A stretch of DNA of 64,000 nucleotides from a virus. Every line of letters starts with the position of its first letter. The stretch's first letter is position 1. Where the stretch lies: IMG/VR virus record IMGVR_UViG_3300027772_000010, positions 35,834-99,833 of that record; one strand, written 5' to 3'. The position numbers and the translations under genes were made by a program. Shown here piece by piece: positions 1 to 7,625 of this stretch. Under the pieces are notes generated by a model. That model saw only the letters and a list, made by a program, of their open reading frames with translations, did not search any database and had not been told where the DNA came from.

Positions 1-288
1 AAGTTTTTAACTCTCTTTGTATCTTAGTTAAAACTACTTTAGGATACTGTTGAATTAACTCTTCATATTTATTAAAATCAAACTTCTCATCTTCTAAATA
101 ATAAAGCTTAATGTCTTCTTCTCTTTCATCTTTTCTTAATCTAATCTTTGGACTACTAATATCACATAATAAAAATATAGCCCACATAATTTTAGAAGTC
201 CTAGTCTTTTCTCTACTACTTTTATAGAATGTTCTATAAGGCTCTGCATGCATAAACTCTGGATTTACTTCCCAAAATTTACTAACAT
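1..288 (-). CDS. Hypothetical protein, 3' end runs off the window (MLVNFWEVNPEFMHAEPYRTFYKSSREKTRTSKIMWAIFLLCD...)
   Basis: Manually translated; ATG at 288 and frame open for 96 codons to position 1; co-oriented with the neighbouring minus-strand operon. Confidence 0.8.
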
Positions 289-299
289 TTTTTATATAA

Positions 300-707
300 T
301 CAAAATTCTGCATCAAATAATAATCCATCGTTTGTGTTTTTATTATTATATAAATATAAATTCTTTGTATTTACTCTTTCTCCAGTTTCTATATCTGTAA
401 ACTCTTTTACTATAATCTCCTCACTATCATAATAGTTTCTTTTTATTTCATCACCTGTTTTAATTTTTCTAGTTGCTACTAAGTAATGACCATTTACTTT
501 GACATTAGGATCAAAAGAATGTTTTATATATTTTACAATAGGATCTATTATATGATAATTATCTTCTAGTTGTATTGTGTATTGGGTAGGTACTTTGGAT
601 TCTTCGCAACAAATAAATAAAATATTTTCTCCTACAAAAAAATCTTTATCAGAGATAACTATTTTTAATTTGTTTTTCTGTATTATCTTAAAATTATTAT
701 TATTCAT
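300..707 (-). CDS. SET-domain-like protein (putative lysine methyltransferase)
   Basis: YIKHSFDPN matches the NHSCxPN motif; ATRKIKTGDEIKRNY matches the AxRDIxxGEELTxDY motif. Confidence 0.7.
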   Translation of the reverse strand: MNNNNFKIIQKNKLKIVISDKDFFVGENILFICCEESKVPTQYTIQLEDNYHIIDPIVKYIKHSFDPNVKVNGHYLVATRKIKTGDEIKRNYYDSEEIIVKEFTDIETGERVNTKNLYLYNNKNTNDGLLFDAEF

Positions 708-1212
708 GTATTAATCTATCTTTAAAAATTTCTGACAAACTATCATGATATAAAACTATATCTTCTCCTCTTAATAATTTCTTTAATTGCTTTTGTTCTA
801 ATGGCAATTCTAACAAAAGGTTTTTAAATTTATTATTTGCTGATCTAAGTTTTAATTCTTTTTTATCATAAATAGGAGTTTCATTAAGATCTACTAAACA
901 GTCTATTCTTGGAAAATGAACAATAGACCTCATTGATTTATCTAAAAAACAAATTGGAACTGTAGTGTTCATTAATAAGAAAAATCCTGAACTTGAACAT
1001 TCCTCAATAGGATAAAGAACTATATCTTCATAATCCTCAATAGCTTTAGTTAAAGGATGTACAAAACTTGTATATCCACCAGGGGTATTAATAAAAAAGT
1101 TAATTGGTAAATCATTATTATTTAAAAATGTTATGGCATCATTAATTGCTGATAACTCAAAATCATTGTTAAAAATATAAGTTAATCTTTTATTATCTAC
1201 AATTAGTTCCAT
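700..1212 (-). CDS. ClpP-like serine protease (S14 family)
   Basis: FINTPGG motif, CSSSG (catalytic Ser position) and IVHFP (MIHQP-like catalytic His). Confidence 0.7.
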   Translation of the reverse strand: MELIVDNKRLTYIFNNDFELSAINDAITFLNNNDLPINFFINTPGGYTSFVHPLTKAIEDYEDIVLYPIEECSSSGFFLLMNTTVPICFLDKSMRSIVHFPRIDCLVDLNETPIYDKKELKLRSANNKFKNLLLELPLEQKQLKKLLRGEDIVLYHDSLSEIFKDRLIHE

Positions 1213-1221
1213 GATAAAGCT

Positions 1222-1551
1222 TTAAGCAGTAATTTGTTTTATAATTCTAAGAGATATAGTAGTACAATTACCATGAACATAAATAAATTTATCCGCAGGA
1301 GAAGATAATTCAATACTAAAAAATAATTCTTTAGATTCTCCTGGTTCAATTATTGTGCCAGTGTCAATTCCTGAAGGAGTTGTACACCCACAACTTTTAG
1401 CTACACTCCTACAAGTAAATCTAGTAGTGCCAATATTCTTTATTATAGAAGATCCTGAAACAGTTTGATTTTTTTGACCAGTAACAGTTACACTTGATGG
1501 TTCAAATACTATTGTAGTCAAATCATTATTTGGGTCTAAGTTATTTTCCAT
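1222..1551 (-). CDS. DUF1573-like Ig-fold protein
   Basis: IKNIG...SCGCT...IEPGES pattern typical of Bacteroidota DUF1573. Confidence 0.65.
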   Translation of the reverse strand: MENNLDPNNDLTTIVFEPSSVTVTGQKNQTVSGSSIIKNIGTTRFTCRSVAKSCGCTTPSGIDTGTIIEPGESKELFFSIELSSPADKFIYVHGNCTTISLRIIKQITA

Positions 1552-1861
1552 TTTGTTCTATTATTATGTTATTTTGTGATTTAAAGTTTGACCAACTTTC
1601 TTGGTCCATCATATCAGGAAAACAAGGGTTATCTACTTTTTTACACCCTGCGGTACCATAATATAAGTCAGGAGTTTCACATCCACATTCTAAGCAGCTA
1701 CCCTTTAAGGTGCATTCTTTAGCTACTTCTGCTCTCCATAGCACTTGCTCTTTTTCCCAATCAGATAAAAAACCTGCCTCCCTGAGTTGAGCAGAGAGGA
1801 AGTTTTTTATATTTTTAAAATTAATCTTTGCAGGGTTAGCTGCATTTGGATCTGCAAACAT
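1541..1861 (-). CDS. Cys-rich putative Zn-binding protein
   Basis: C..CLECGC..C..CFPDMM cysteine pattern. Confidence 0.6.
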   Translation of the reverse strand: MFADPNAANPAKINFKNIKNFLSAQLREAGFLSDWEKEQVLWRAEVAKECTLKGSCLECGCETPDLYYGTAGCKKVDNPCFPDMMDQESWSNFKSQNNIIIEQNGK

Positions 1862-1870
1862 ATATCTTAT

Positions 1871-2215
1871 TTATGATAGTTCTAAAATATCCCAGTTTTC
1901 ATCAAAGTCTGATTTTGATTTTTTAGAAGACTCTTTTTTATATTCTTCTTTGTCTTCACCTTCATCTTCTGACTCTTCACTCATAAGAGGGTTTTCTTCA
2001 AAATATTTTTTCATACACTTATATGATCCTTTTTCAATATCATATATGTCAACAGTTAGTAGCCAACCATTTGTTATTTTTTCAATGCTTTTTGTAATGT
2101 CCTCTTTATCATTACTTTTAGTCAAAGTAAATGTTTCTTTGTCAGTACTTTTAGCCATAGAGTATGACTGTTTTTCTAAATTTTTTTCTTTTACTAAATA
2201 CATGTTTCCTTTCAT
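1871..2215 (-). CDS. Hypothetical protein (acidic/basic C-terminus)
   Basis: ORF track; tight operon packing. Confidence 0.7.
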   Translation of the reverse strand: MKGNMYLVKEKNLEKQSYSMAKSTDKETFTLTKSNDKEDITKSIEKITNGWLLTVDIYDIEKGSYKCMKKYFEENPLMSEESEDEGEDKEEYKKESSKKSKSDFDENWDILELS

Positions 2216-2219
2216 TTTA

Positions 2220-2645
2220 TTATAAATTATGTTTAACGGTTATTATATCTTCTGGGATTAAAAAAGTAAGTTCTAAAGGTTCTTCATTTTCTTCTATTTT
2301 ATGACAATAGAAAGAAAATGGCATCATGCCCTGTAAATAACTACCAAATACTGGTCTAGCTTCTTTGCTAGGATCATTTCCCTCAGGATGTTTGTAACTT
2401 ACAATAGGTCTGTCTACAAAATGGTCTGGAACAGATACTATATCTCCTGCAGAGTAGTCAGAGTTTAAGCCTGTTTTTAATACTTTAAAAGCATTTTTAA
2501 TTTCTGTAGCTTGTTTCTCAATTCCAATTAGTCTTGAAGCTAACTCACTTTTGTAAGCATAGCACTGGATTAAGACATGTTTTTCTTTTTCAATGTTAAA
2601 ATTGAAATCTGGAATACTTTTTTCTTTAAATTCTTTTACATTCAT
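2220..2645 (-). CDS. Hypothetical protein, possibly GroES-like
   Basis: VLIQ...FKVLKTG...YSAGDIVSV resembles the Cpn10 strand pattern; weak. Confidence 0.4.
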   Translation of the reverse strand: MNVKEFKEKSIPDFNFNIEKEKHVLIQCYAYKSELASRLIGIEKQATEIKNAFKVLKTGLNSDYSAGDIVSVPDHFVDRPIVSYKHPEGNDPSKEARPVFGSYLQGMMPFSFYCHKIEENEEPLELTFLIPEDIITVKHNL

Positions 2646-2920
2646 GATTTTTGTTGTTTTGGTTTATAATTTAATTGTTTTAATGTGTTTATAAGGTTTT
2701 TTACTTTTTTTTGGTTTCTTATTTTAAATGCTGCTCTTAATTTTCTCTTTAGTTTAAATATACTTGGGATTAGTTTTCCAAATTGTTCAAAATATATTTC
2801 CCTTTCTGAGTGGGATAACATTTCTTTTTTGACATGAGTTATATAATCTTTATATATTTCTTCTACTTCCTTCTTATTTATATTTAATCTCTCTGCAACT
2901 TGAGTATAAATGTTATCCAT
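2642..2920 (-). CDS. HU/IHF-like DNA-binding protein
   Basis: IYTQVAERLNINKKEVEEI...EIYFEQFGKL resembles the HU N-terminal helices and the IxGFGxF strand; basic. Confidence 0.6.
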   Translation of the reverse strand: MDNIYTQVAERLNINKKEVEEIYKDYITHVKKEMLSHSEREIYFEQFGKLIPSIFKLKRKLRAAFKIRNQKKVKNLINTLKQLNYKPKQQKS

Positions 2921-3056
2921 TAATTATTATTTAACGCATTATAATCCTTAAGCCAATGTAAAGTAAAATAAAAATTATTATTTTGTAAGGTTTTTTTATA
3001 AAATCTTCTAAATTACTTGTTTTTTTAAGCCATACATGTAGCCAAATCATAATGTA

Positions 3057-3064
3057 CAAAAATA
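3057..3064 (-). promoter_or_regulatory. Bacteroidota sigma70 -7 box (TATTTTTG)
   Basis: TAnnTTTG match in the intergenic gap upstream of the HU-like gene. Confidence 0.45.
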
Positions 3065-3097
3065 TAAAAATATTTATTAATGTAAACAAAAAATTTA

Positions 3098-3289
3098 TCA
3101 TACTAAAATAATGTTAATAGAATCATCTAAACTTAAACAAATGGTTAAGTTCTTATAAGTGGTTAATTCTTCATAATCTTCTATACCTAAGTCCCTCTTC
3201 AAAGTTTGATAAGTATTATTATTCAGTATTAAAAACTTTCTATACTTTGAATTATAAATTTTTATAATATCTATTATACTCTTATTCAT
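3098..3289 (-). CDS. Hypothetical protein
   Basis: ORF track; overlaps the upstream stop. Confidence 0.55.
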   Translation of the reverse strand: MNKSIIDIIKIYNSKYRKFLILNNNTYQTLKRDLGIEDYEELTTYKNLTICLSLDDSINIILV

Positions 3290-3692
3290 ATTGAAAGGTT
3301 ATTTCTAATTTAAACTCCTTGCTTTTATATAAAGTGATTAGCCAAGAAGGTAATTCATACTTTTCAATCTTAGCTTTTGAAAATTTATCACTAGATAAAC
3401 TCATTTTTTTAGTAATAATATTATTTTTAACTAGCCTATCATTAATATAAGCACCTACATATGAAGAATATACACCTATTTCCTTGGCTATAGCCACATG
3501 CATTTGATTCATATTCTTAAATTGCTTTCCATTTAGCTTTTGATCCTGATCTAAAATATAATATAGTACCCAATATAATACTTCATAAGTTTTATCTGAT
3601 AATAATATTCCCTTACTAGCTAATAATACCCTGGCCCTTTCTATAAACCCATCTTTTTTGTTATTTTTAAACTCTTGTTTTAAAATTTTCAT
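3282..3692 (-). CDS. Hypothetical protein, possible winged-HTH
   Basis: IAKEIGVYSSYVGAYINDRLVKNNII resembles a wHTH. Confidence 0.45.
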   Translation of the reverse strand: MKILKQEFKNNKKDGFIERARVLLASKGILLSDKTYEVLYWVLYYILDQDQKLNGKQFKNMNQMHVAIAKEIGVYSSYVGAYINDRLVKNNIITKKMSLSSDKFSKAKIEKYELPSWLITLYKSKEFKLEITFQYE

Positions 3693-3714
3693 TTTAATAT
3701 TGTTTTATGTAATG

Positions 3715-3722
3715 CAAAAATA
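3715..3722 (-). promoter_or_regulatory. Bacteroidota sigma70 -7 box (TATTTTTG)
   Basis: TAnnTTTG followed by CA, about 20 nt upstream of the ATG at 3692. Confidence 0.55.
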
Positions 3723-3756
3723 TAACATTTTTTTTAAATATTATGTTTTTTTTATT

Positions 3757-4071
3757 TTAATCCAAAAATACTAGTTCCTTTTCTAACATTTCCTCTAAAG
3801 TATCCTCTGTAAACTCACTACAATCCTTTGCTAATTGCACAAAAGCCTCAAAATCATCCTTATGTATTCCGAATCTGTCTAATTTATAGGTCTCATAAGG
3901 AGCACAAGTCTCATCTAAGGTAATCTCTGCTAACTGTACCCCCTGAATATTACCCTGATTAGGATGAATAGTTATCCAAATACAAGTATACTCCTGCCCC
4001 TTAATAACCCACTTCTTTGAAGGTATCTCATCAGGCTTGTTTAAGTCATTGATACATATTAATCTACACAT
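3757..4071 (-). CDS. Hypothetical protein
   Basis: ORF track; protein-like composition. Confidence 0.75.
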   Translation of the reverse strand: MCRLICINDLNKPDEIPSKKWVIKGQEYTCIWITIHPNQGNIQGVQLAEITLDETCAPYETYKLDRFGIHKDDFEAFVQLAKDCSEFTEDTLEEMLEKELVFLD

Positions 4072-4076
4072 ATTAT

Positions 4077-4268
4077 TTATTTTTTATGTTCTTCATAATA
4101 ATTTAAAATAAATCCTAAAAGTACTACTATGTTCATACCACAAGATACCAGTACCTCATGTATATCCTCATAGATAGTAGTCATAAGGTGTATATGCCCC
4201 ACTGTCCAAAAAGGAATAGCTAGGTTTTGTGAAATCCACACAATTAAATACTTGAAAAATTTTATCAT
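4077..4268 (-). CDS. Small membrane protein
   Basis: Two hydrophobic segments. Confidence 0.65.
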   Translation of the reverse strand: MIKFFKYLIVWISQNLAIPFWTVGHIHLMTTIYEDIHEVLVSCGMNIVVLLGFILNYYEEHKK

Positions 4269-4282
4269 ATTTAAATTTCATG

Positions 4283-4290
4283 CAAAATTA
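4283..4290 (-). promoter_or_regulatory. Bacteroidota sigma70 -7 box (TAATTTTG)
   Basis: TAnnTTTG followed by CA just upstream of the ATG at 4268. Confidence 0.55.
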
Positions 4291-4313
4291 AATATTTTTT
4301 TTCAACTAGTAAT

Positions 4314-4356
4314 AAAAAAAAATACCAGCTTCTTCTAATTAAAGAAAAAACTGGTA
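4314..4356 (-). terminator. Intrinsic terminator closing the candidate ncRNA
   Basis: TACCAG...CTGGTA stem followed by a 9-nt U tract on the minus strand. Confidence 0.65.
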
Positions 4357-4728
4357 CCTATAAGTAAAATATTGTTTATATAACTCTAACCCTTTAACTA
4401 ATAAGTTAAATAAGTTCTTTTAAAGCATAAAAAGGTTAACCCAGACTTAACAGGCATACCAGTATTTTAGTAAACTTAGTTTCTTTGTTCCTATTAAGTA
4501 GTTGGTTTATAAGTAATCATATATCTCTACTTAGATTACCTACTATCCTGTATACATTAAAAGTAGAATTACTCTATTTAAACTTTTAATCTTTCTCTCC
4601 TTACCCTTCAGGTGAGCTTGTTATCCTGGGAGGTCCTACCTTATTCAAAACTATCTAGTGAAATCCTTACCAACCAACTTTTCAGTTCAAATCTCAGGGC
4701 ACTAGAATTTGTCTCAGTGAAAAAACTG
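4314..4728 (-). ncRNA. Candidate ~400-nt structured non-coding RNA
   Basis: Bounded by a TAACTTTG promoter and an intrinsic terminator; only very short ATG-started ORFs found by eye; several internal stems. Confidence 0.5.
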
Positions 4729-4731
4729 ATG

Positions 4732-4739
4732 CAAAGTTA
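4732..4739 (-). promoter_or_regulatory. Bacteroidota sigma70 -7 box (TAACTTTG)
   Basis: Exact TAnnTTTG followed by CA, at the strand switch. Confidence 0.6.
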
Positions 4740-4942
4740 AGTAAAAAAAAGTTATTGATACCATATTTTTTAAAAATTTTTCTGAAGACCCCGTAAAATC
4801 TAAATTTTTTAAAATTTTTTTTAACCCCCTAGGCAAAATTGTTTTTGAAATTGAGTGCTGGAGTATCCCTCCCTCCAAGCCCCAGCTAACTTCGGGATTT
4901 TGGAATAGCCCCACCTATTATTAACAATTAAATTTTTCAATT

Positions 4943-5335
4943 ATGCAATCAAATTCCAGTACAACTGTAGTAGGCTCAGCCACTTACACACAAATTGATA
5001 CTCTAGTAGTGTCACCAATTACTTGTCAGATAACTTCTAGCAAGGTAGTCCACTCTGACAAAGATAACTCTGACACTCAAGTATTTGAGCTTGAATTTCT
5101 AGGGGAGTATAAAGGCGCAGGTATGCAAAAGGCTTATAGAAGATTAGGCCAAGGTATCACCAAGACTGGCGAAGCCTTTACTGTAGCACCTTTGAAGACT
5201 TTGGACAACTGCGAGATTATAGTTACCAAGAGAGATTCTGATGGTACTGTATTCTTCTCTGTTAAAGGCAGAGCAAAGGATTTCACTGCTGAAGCTGCTG
5301 ATGCTGCTGCAAGAGCCAAGAGTATCTTTGGTTAA
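4943..5335 (+). CDS. First gene of the plus-strand (early) block; beta-rich hypothetical protein
   Basis: 130-aa ORF, higher GC than its neighbours, with its own terminator. Confidence 0.75.
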   Translation: MQSNSSTTVVGSATYTQIDTLVVSPITCQITSSKVVHSDKDNSDTQVFELEFLGEYKGAGMQKAYRRLGQGITKTGEAFTVAPLKTLDNCEIIVTKRDSDGTVFFSVKGRAKDFTAEAADAAARAKSIFG

Positions 5336-5339
5336 AAAT

Positions 5340-5367
5340 AAGGGGAGAAATCCCCTTGTTTTTTTTT
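5340..5367 (+). terminator. Intrinsic terminator
   Basis: AAGGGGA-gaaa-TCCCCTT hairpin plus T tract. Confidence 0.85.
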
Positions 5368-5606
5368 AGTATTTTTAACACATTTAATAGGAAAAGAAAT
5401 ATAATAATTTATCTAATTTTTAATTTATTAATTAAAACACAAAATAAATTATTTATTTTCTAAACCAATTTATTTTTATTTAATTACCTATTTAACAAAA
5501 AAATTAATCTTAAACTCTACATTGTTAGTTGCCATATCTAACAACATAAAGTTTTCAAGTTTGGTATCTATAATACCTAATTTTTTTTGTTAATAGTTTG
5601 GAAATG

Positions 5607-5657
5607 AGGGAGTTTGGTTGGTAGTATTACTAAGAACTCCCTTTTTTCCTTTTTTTT
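5607..5657 (+). terminator. Terminator-like hairpin
   Basis: AGGGAGTT...AACTCCCT stem followed by T tracts. Confidence 0.55.
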
Positions 5658-5712
5658 CAAAACACATTATAGGCCTTTTGGTACATTATATAGCAAAATG
5701 TTTATTTTTTAT

Positions 5713-5765
5713 ACCTGAGCTACAGGGTTTTTTAGATTACACAGAAGCTAAGTGAAAGTAATCTA
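5713..5765 (+). ncRNA. Double-hairpin motif, copy 1
   Basis: ACCT-GAGCTACA-GGGT followed by TAGATTAC-ACAGAAGCTAAGTGAAA-GTAATCTA. Confidence 0.55.
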
Positions 5766-5767
5766 TA

Positions 5768-5870
5768 TAATTAAATGCACCATAACTCACTTCCCAAGGG
5801 TGAGCAGTTGTAATATCAGTACAAAGTAGAAATACTGGGGTACTTATTACAATTGAGTGCAGAGGGAAAT
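5768..5870 (+). ncRNA. Twister-like (P1-type) self-cleaving ribozyme
   Basis: AAA-P2(TGCA)-CC-...-P4(CTCAC/GTGAG; loop TTCCCAAGG)-long P5 with GAAA loop-P2'(TGCA)-GAGGG; both twister pseudoknots can form. Confidence 0.6.
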
Positions 5871-5877
5871 AAAAACT

Positions 5878-5907
5878 TAACAATCCTAAGTTGTTGAAGG
5901 CACTTAG
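5878..5907 (+). ncRNA. Compact H-type pseudoknot candidate
   Basis: TAACAA/TTGTTG stem; loop CTAAG pairs with downstream CTTAG. Confidence 0.35.
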
Positions 5908-5995
5908 TTCCCTAATAATTTACGAATATTGAATTAACAACAGTTCTTTATAGTATTTTATTAGGGTTTTAGTGTAAAACACAATCCATTATTAA

Positions 5996-6048
5996 ATCCT
6001 GAGCTACAAGGATCAAGAACTACTACAGAAGCTTAGTGAACAGTAGTT
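5996..6048 (+). ncRNA. Double-hairpin motif, copy 2
   Basis: ATCCT-GAGCTACA-AGGAT followed by AACTACT-ACAGAAGCTTAGTGAAC-AGTAGTT; loops nearly identical to copy 1, stems different but paired. Confidence 0.55.
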
Positions 6049-6216
6049 TTTATAATTAATATTAAACAATATAACTATGTTAGGAATTATAGTAATTTTC
6101 ATAATGGTCTACGGATCATATTGTGCTAAGAAAGCACACCAAGAAATAATTAACAACAAAAAACTTTTTAAATAACAAATAATTAACTTTATTAACACTA
6201 AAAATTAACAAAAAAA

Positions 6217-6816
6217 ATGGAAAATTTATTTAACAATTTACAAGAACCAACAGGAGACATTAAAGTAAGTACAGAAAAAGAATGGTTATCTCTTAATTTA
6301 GGAGGAACTATTGTACTACAAAAAGGAAATTTTTCTCAATCATTTACATATTGGGGAAATGTTAGTAAAATGAATTTTAATAACGCTAACTATATAACAA
6401 TGGAAGATTGTGATTGGGATACACATACTACTATGCTAGGCAATCTTAAAATAGATAGTATATCTAAACTTAGAACTACATTAGAGAATAGTGGGTTAAA
6501 AACACTTTCAGATAGTCTTAATTTTAGCACTGAAGAAATAAAAAAAGCTATATTTTCTATTGTTCCTAACTCAACCATAGTAAAAAATGTATTTAGAGAA
6601 AACTTTATATTATGGGAATCATTAACAGATAATGAAAAAAAAGTAATAAGAGTAAAAGATGCAATAGAAAATTACAATGATTACTTTGTCAACAACCCTT
6701 ATAAATTAAAATATTTAATCTTAAAAGAAGATGGTAAATTAGATGGTGAAACAATACCAACAATAGATCAACTAAATGAAAGATTAAATGACTTATTATT
6801 TAACATTAAAAATTAA
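6217..6816 (+). CDS. Hypothetical early protein
   Basis: 199-aa ORF with an A-rich leader. Confidence 0.8.
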   Translation: MENLFNNLQEPTGDIKVSTEKEWLSLNLGGTIVLQKGNFSQSFTYWGNVSKMNFNNANYITMEDCDWDTHTTMLGNLKIDSISKLRTTLENSGLKTLSDSLNFSTEEIKKAIFSIVPNSTIVKNVFRENFILWESLTDNEKKVIRVKDAIENYNDYFVNNPYKLKYLILKEDGKLDGETIPTIDQLNERLNDLLFNIKN

Positions 6817-6820
6817 CAAC

Positions 6821-7048
6821 ATGAATTCAAATTTTTTATCAAAAGTATGTATAGCTTTATTTTTAACAACCTTATTTTTATTAATTTCCTCATTATTATA
6901 TGTTTATCATCAAACCAATTTAAACGCAACTTTGTTTGAAGTAGAGTTAGTTGATAGAGATATATTAGTTTATGACAATGATAATTTTGTAGGATCAGTA
7001 GAATTGCAAGGGCAATTAGACAGTCTAATGACTGATTACTTGCAGTAA
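6821..7048 (+). CDS. Small membrane protein
   Basis: Second ATG (6821) preferred; N-terminal TM helix. Confidence 0.65.
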   Translation: MNSNFLSKVCIALFLTTLFLLISSLLYVYHQTNLNATLFEVELVDRDILVYDNDNFVGSVELQGQLDSLMTDYLQ

Positions 7049-7090
7049 ATTTATAAAGACATTAAACTTAACTAACAAACCTTTTAATGG

Positions 7091-7131
7091 GACTGTACCT
7101 TTTAGCATTTAGCTATTAGGTGCAGTTTTTT
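7091..7131 (+). terminator. Intrinsic terminator
   Basis: GACTGTACCT...AGGTGCAGTT stem plus T tract. Confidence 0.6.
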
Positions 7132-7156
7132 ATTTATTAACATTAACTTATTTAAA

Positions 7157-7363
7157 ATGAAAGATCCAAACTTAACAAATTTAATTGATATTAAGTTAGC
7201 TGCTTTGGTAGCTCGTAAAAAGTCTGAAAATAAACTTAGTAATCAAATAGCAGAGAATAAACTTTGGCCTTCAACATTACAAGAAAATTCAGTATCACAT
7301 TTTAGTGCTCAAAACACTAACTATAGTGCAATAATACAAACCATTAAAAATTATAATGGATAA
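7157..7363 (+). CDS. Hypothetical protein
   Basis: ORF track. Confidence 0.55.
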   Translation: MKDPNLTNLIDIKLAALVARKKSENKLSNQIAENKLWPSTLQENSVSHFSAQNTNYSAIIQTIKNYNG

Positions 7364-7485
7364 CAAATACATTTAAGGCATTGTATATAGTTGCCACACA
7401 AAACACAATATAGTTTTAAATGTATAGGTAGCTCAAACCTTAATCAGAGCTCTGTTTGTCAACTACATAATAAGTTGATACCTTG

Positions 7486-7518
7486 GTGGTTATATGGTTA
7501 AACCACTTTTTATTTTTT
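7486..7518 (+). terminator. Intrinsic terminator
   Basis: GTGGTT...AACCAC stem plus T tract. Confidence 0.55.
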
Positions 7519-7625
7519 AAATAAGATTATGACTAAAAAGAAAAAAATTAGTATAGTATTTGACTTTGAATCTGTTGTAGAAATAGATTGTTTAGATTAA
7601 AAATTAACCTATTAACAAAAAAAAT

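Noticed and set aside
4714-4914. 66-aa minus-strand ORF at the strand switch
   Set aside because: Non-ATG start, low-complexity A/T tracts, and it overlaps the promoter; probably spurious
5713-6048. Hammerhead or hairpin ribozyme reading of the repeated motif (CTGA...GAAA; AGAA)
   Set aside because: The CUGAnGA core and three-way junction are absent, and no hairpin-ribozyme loop B is present
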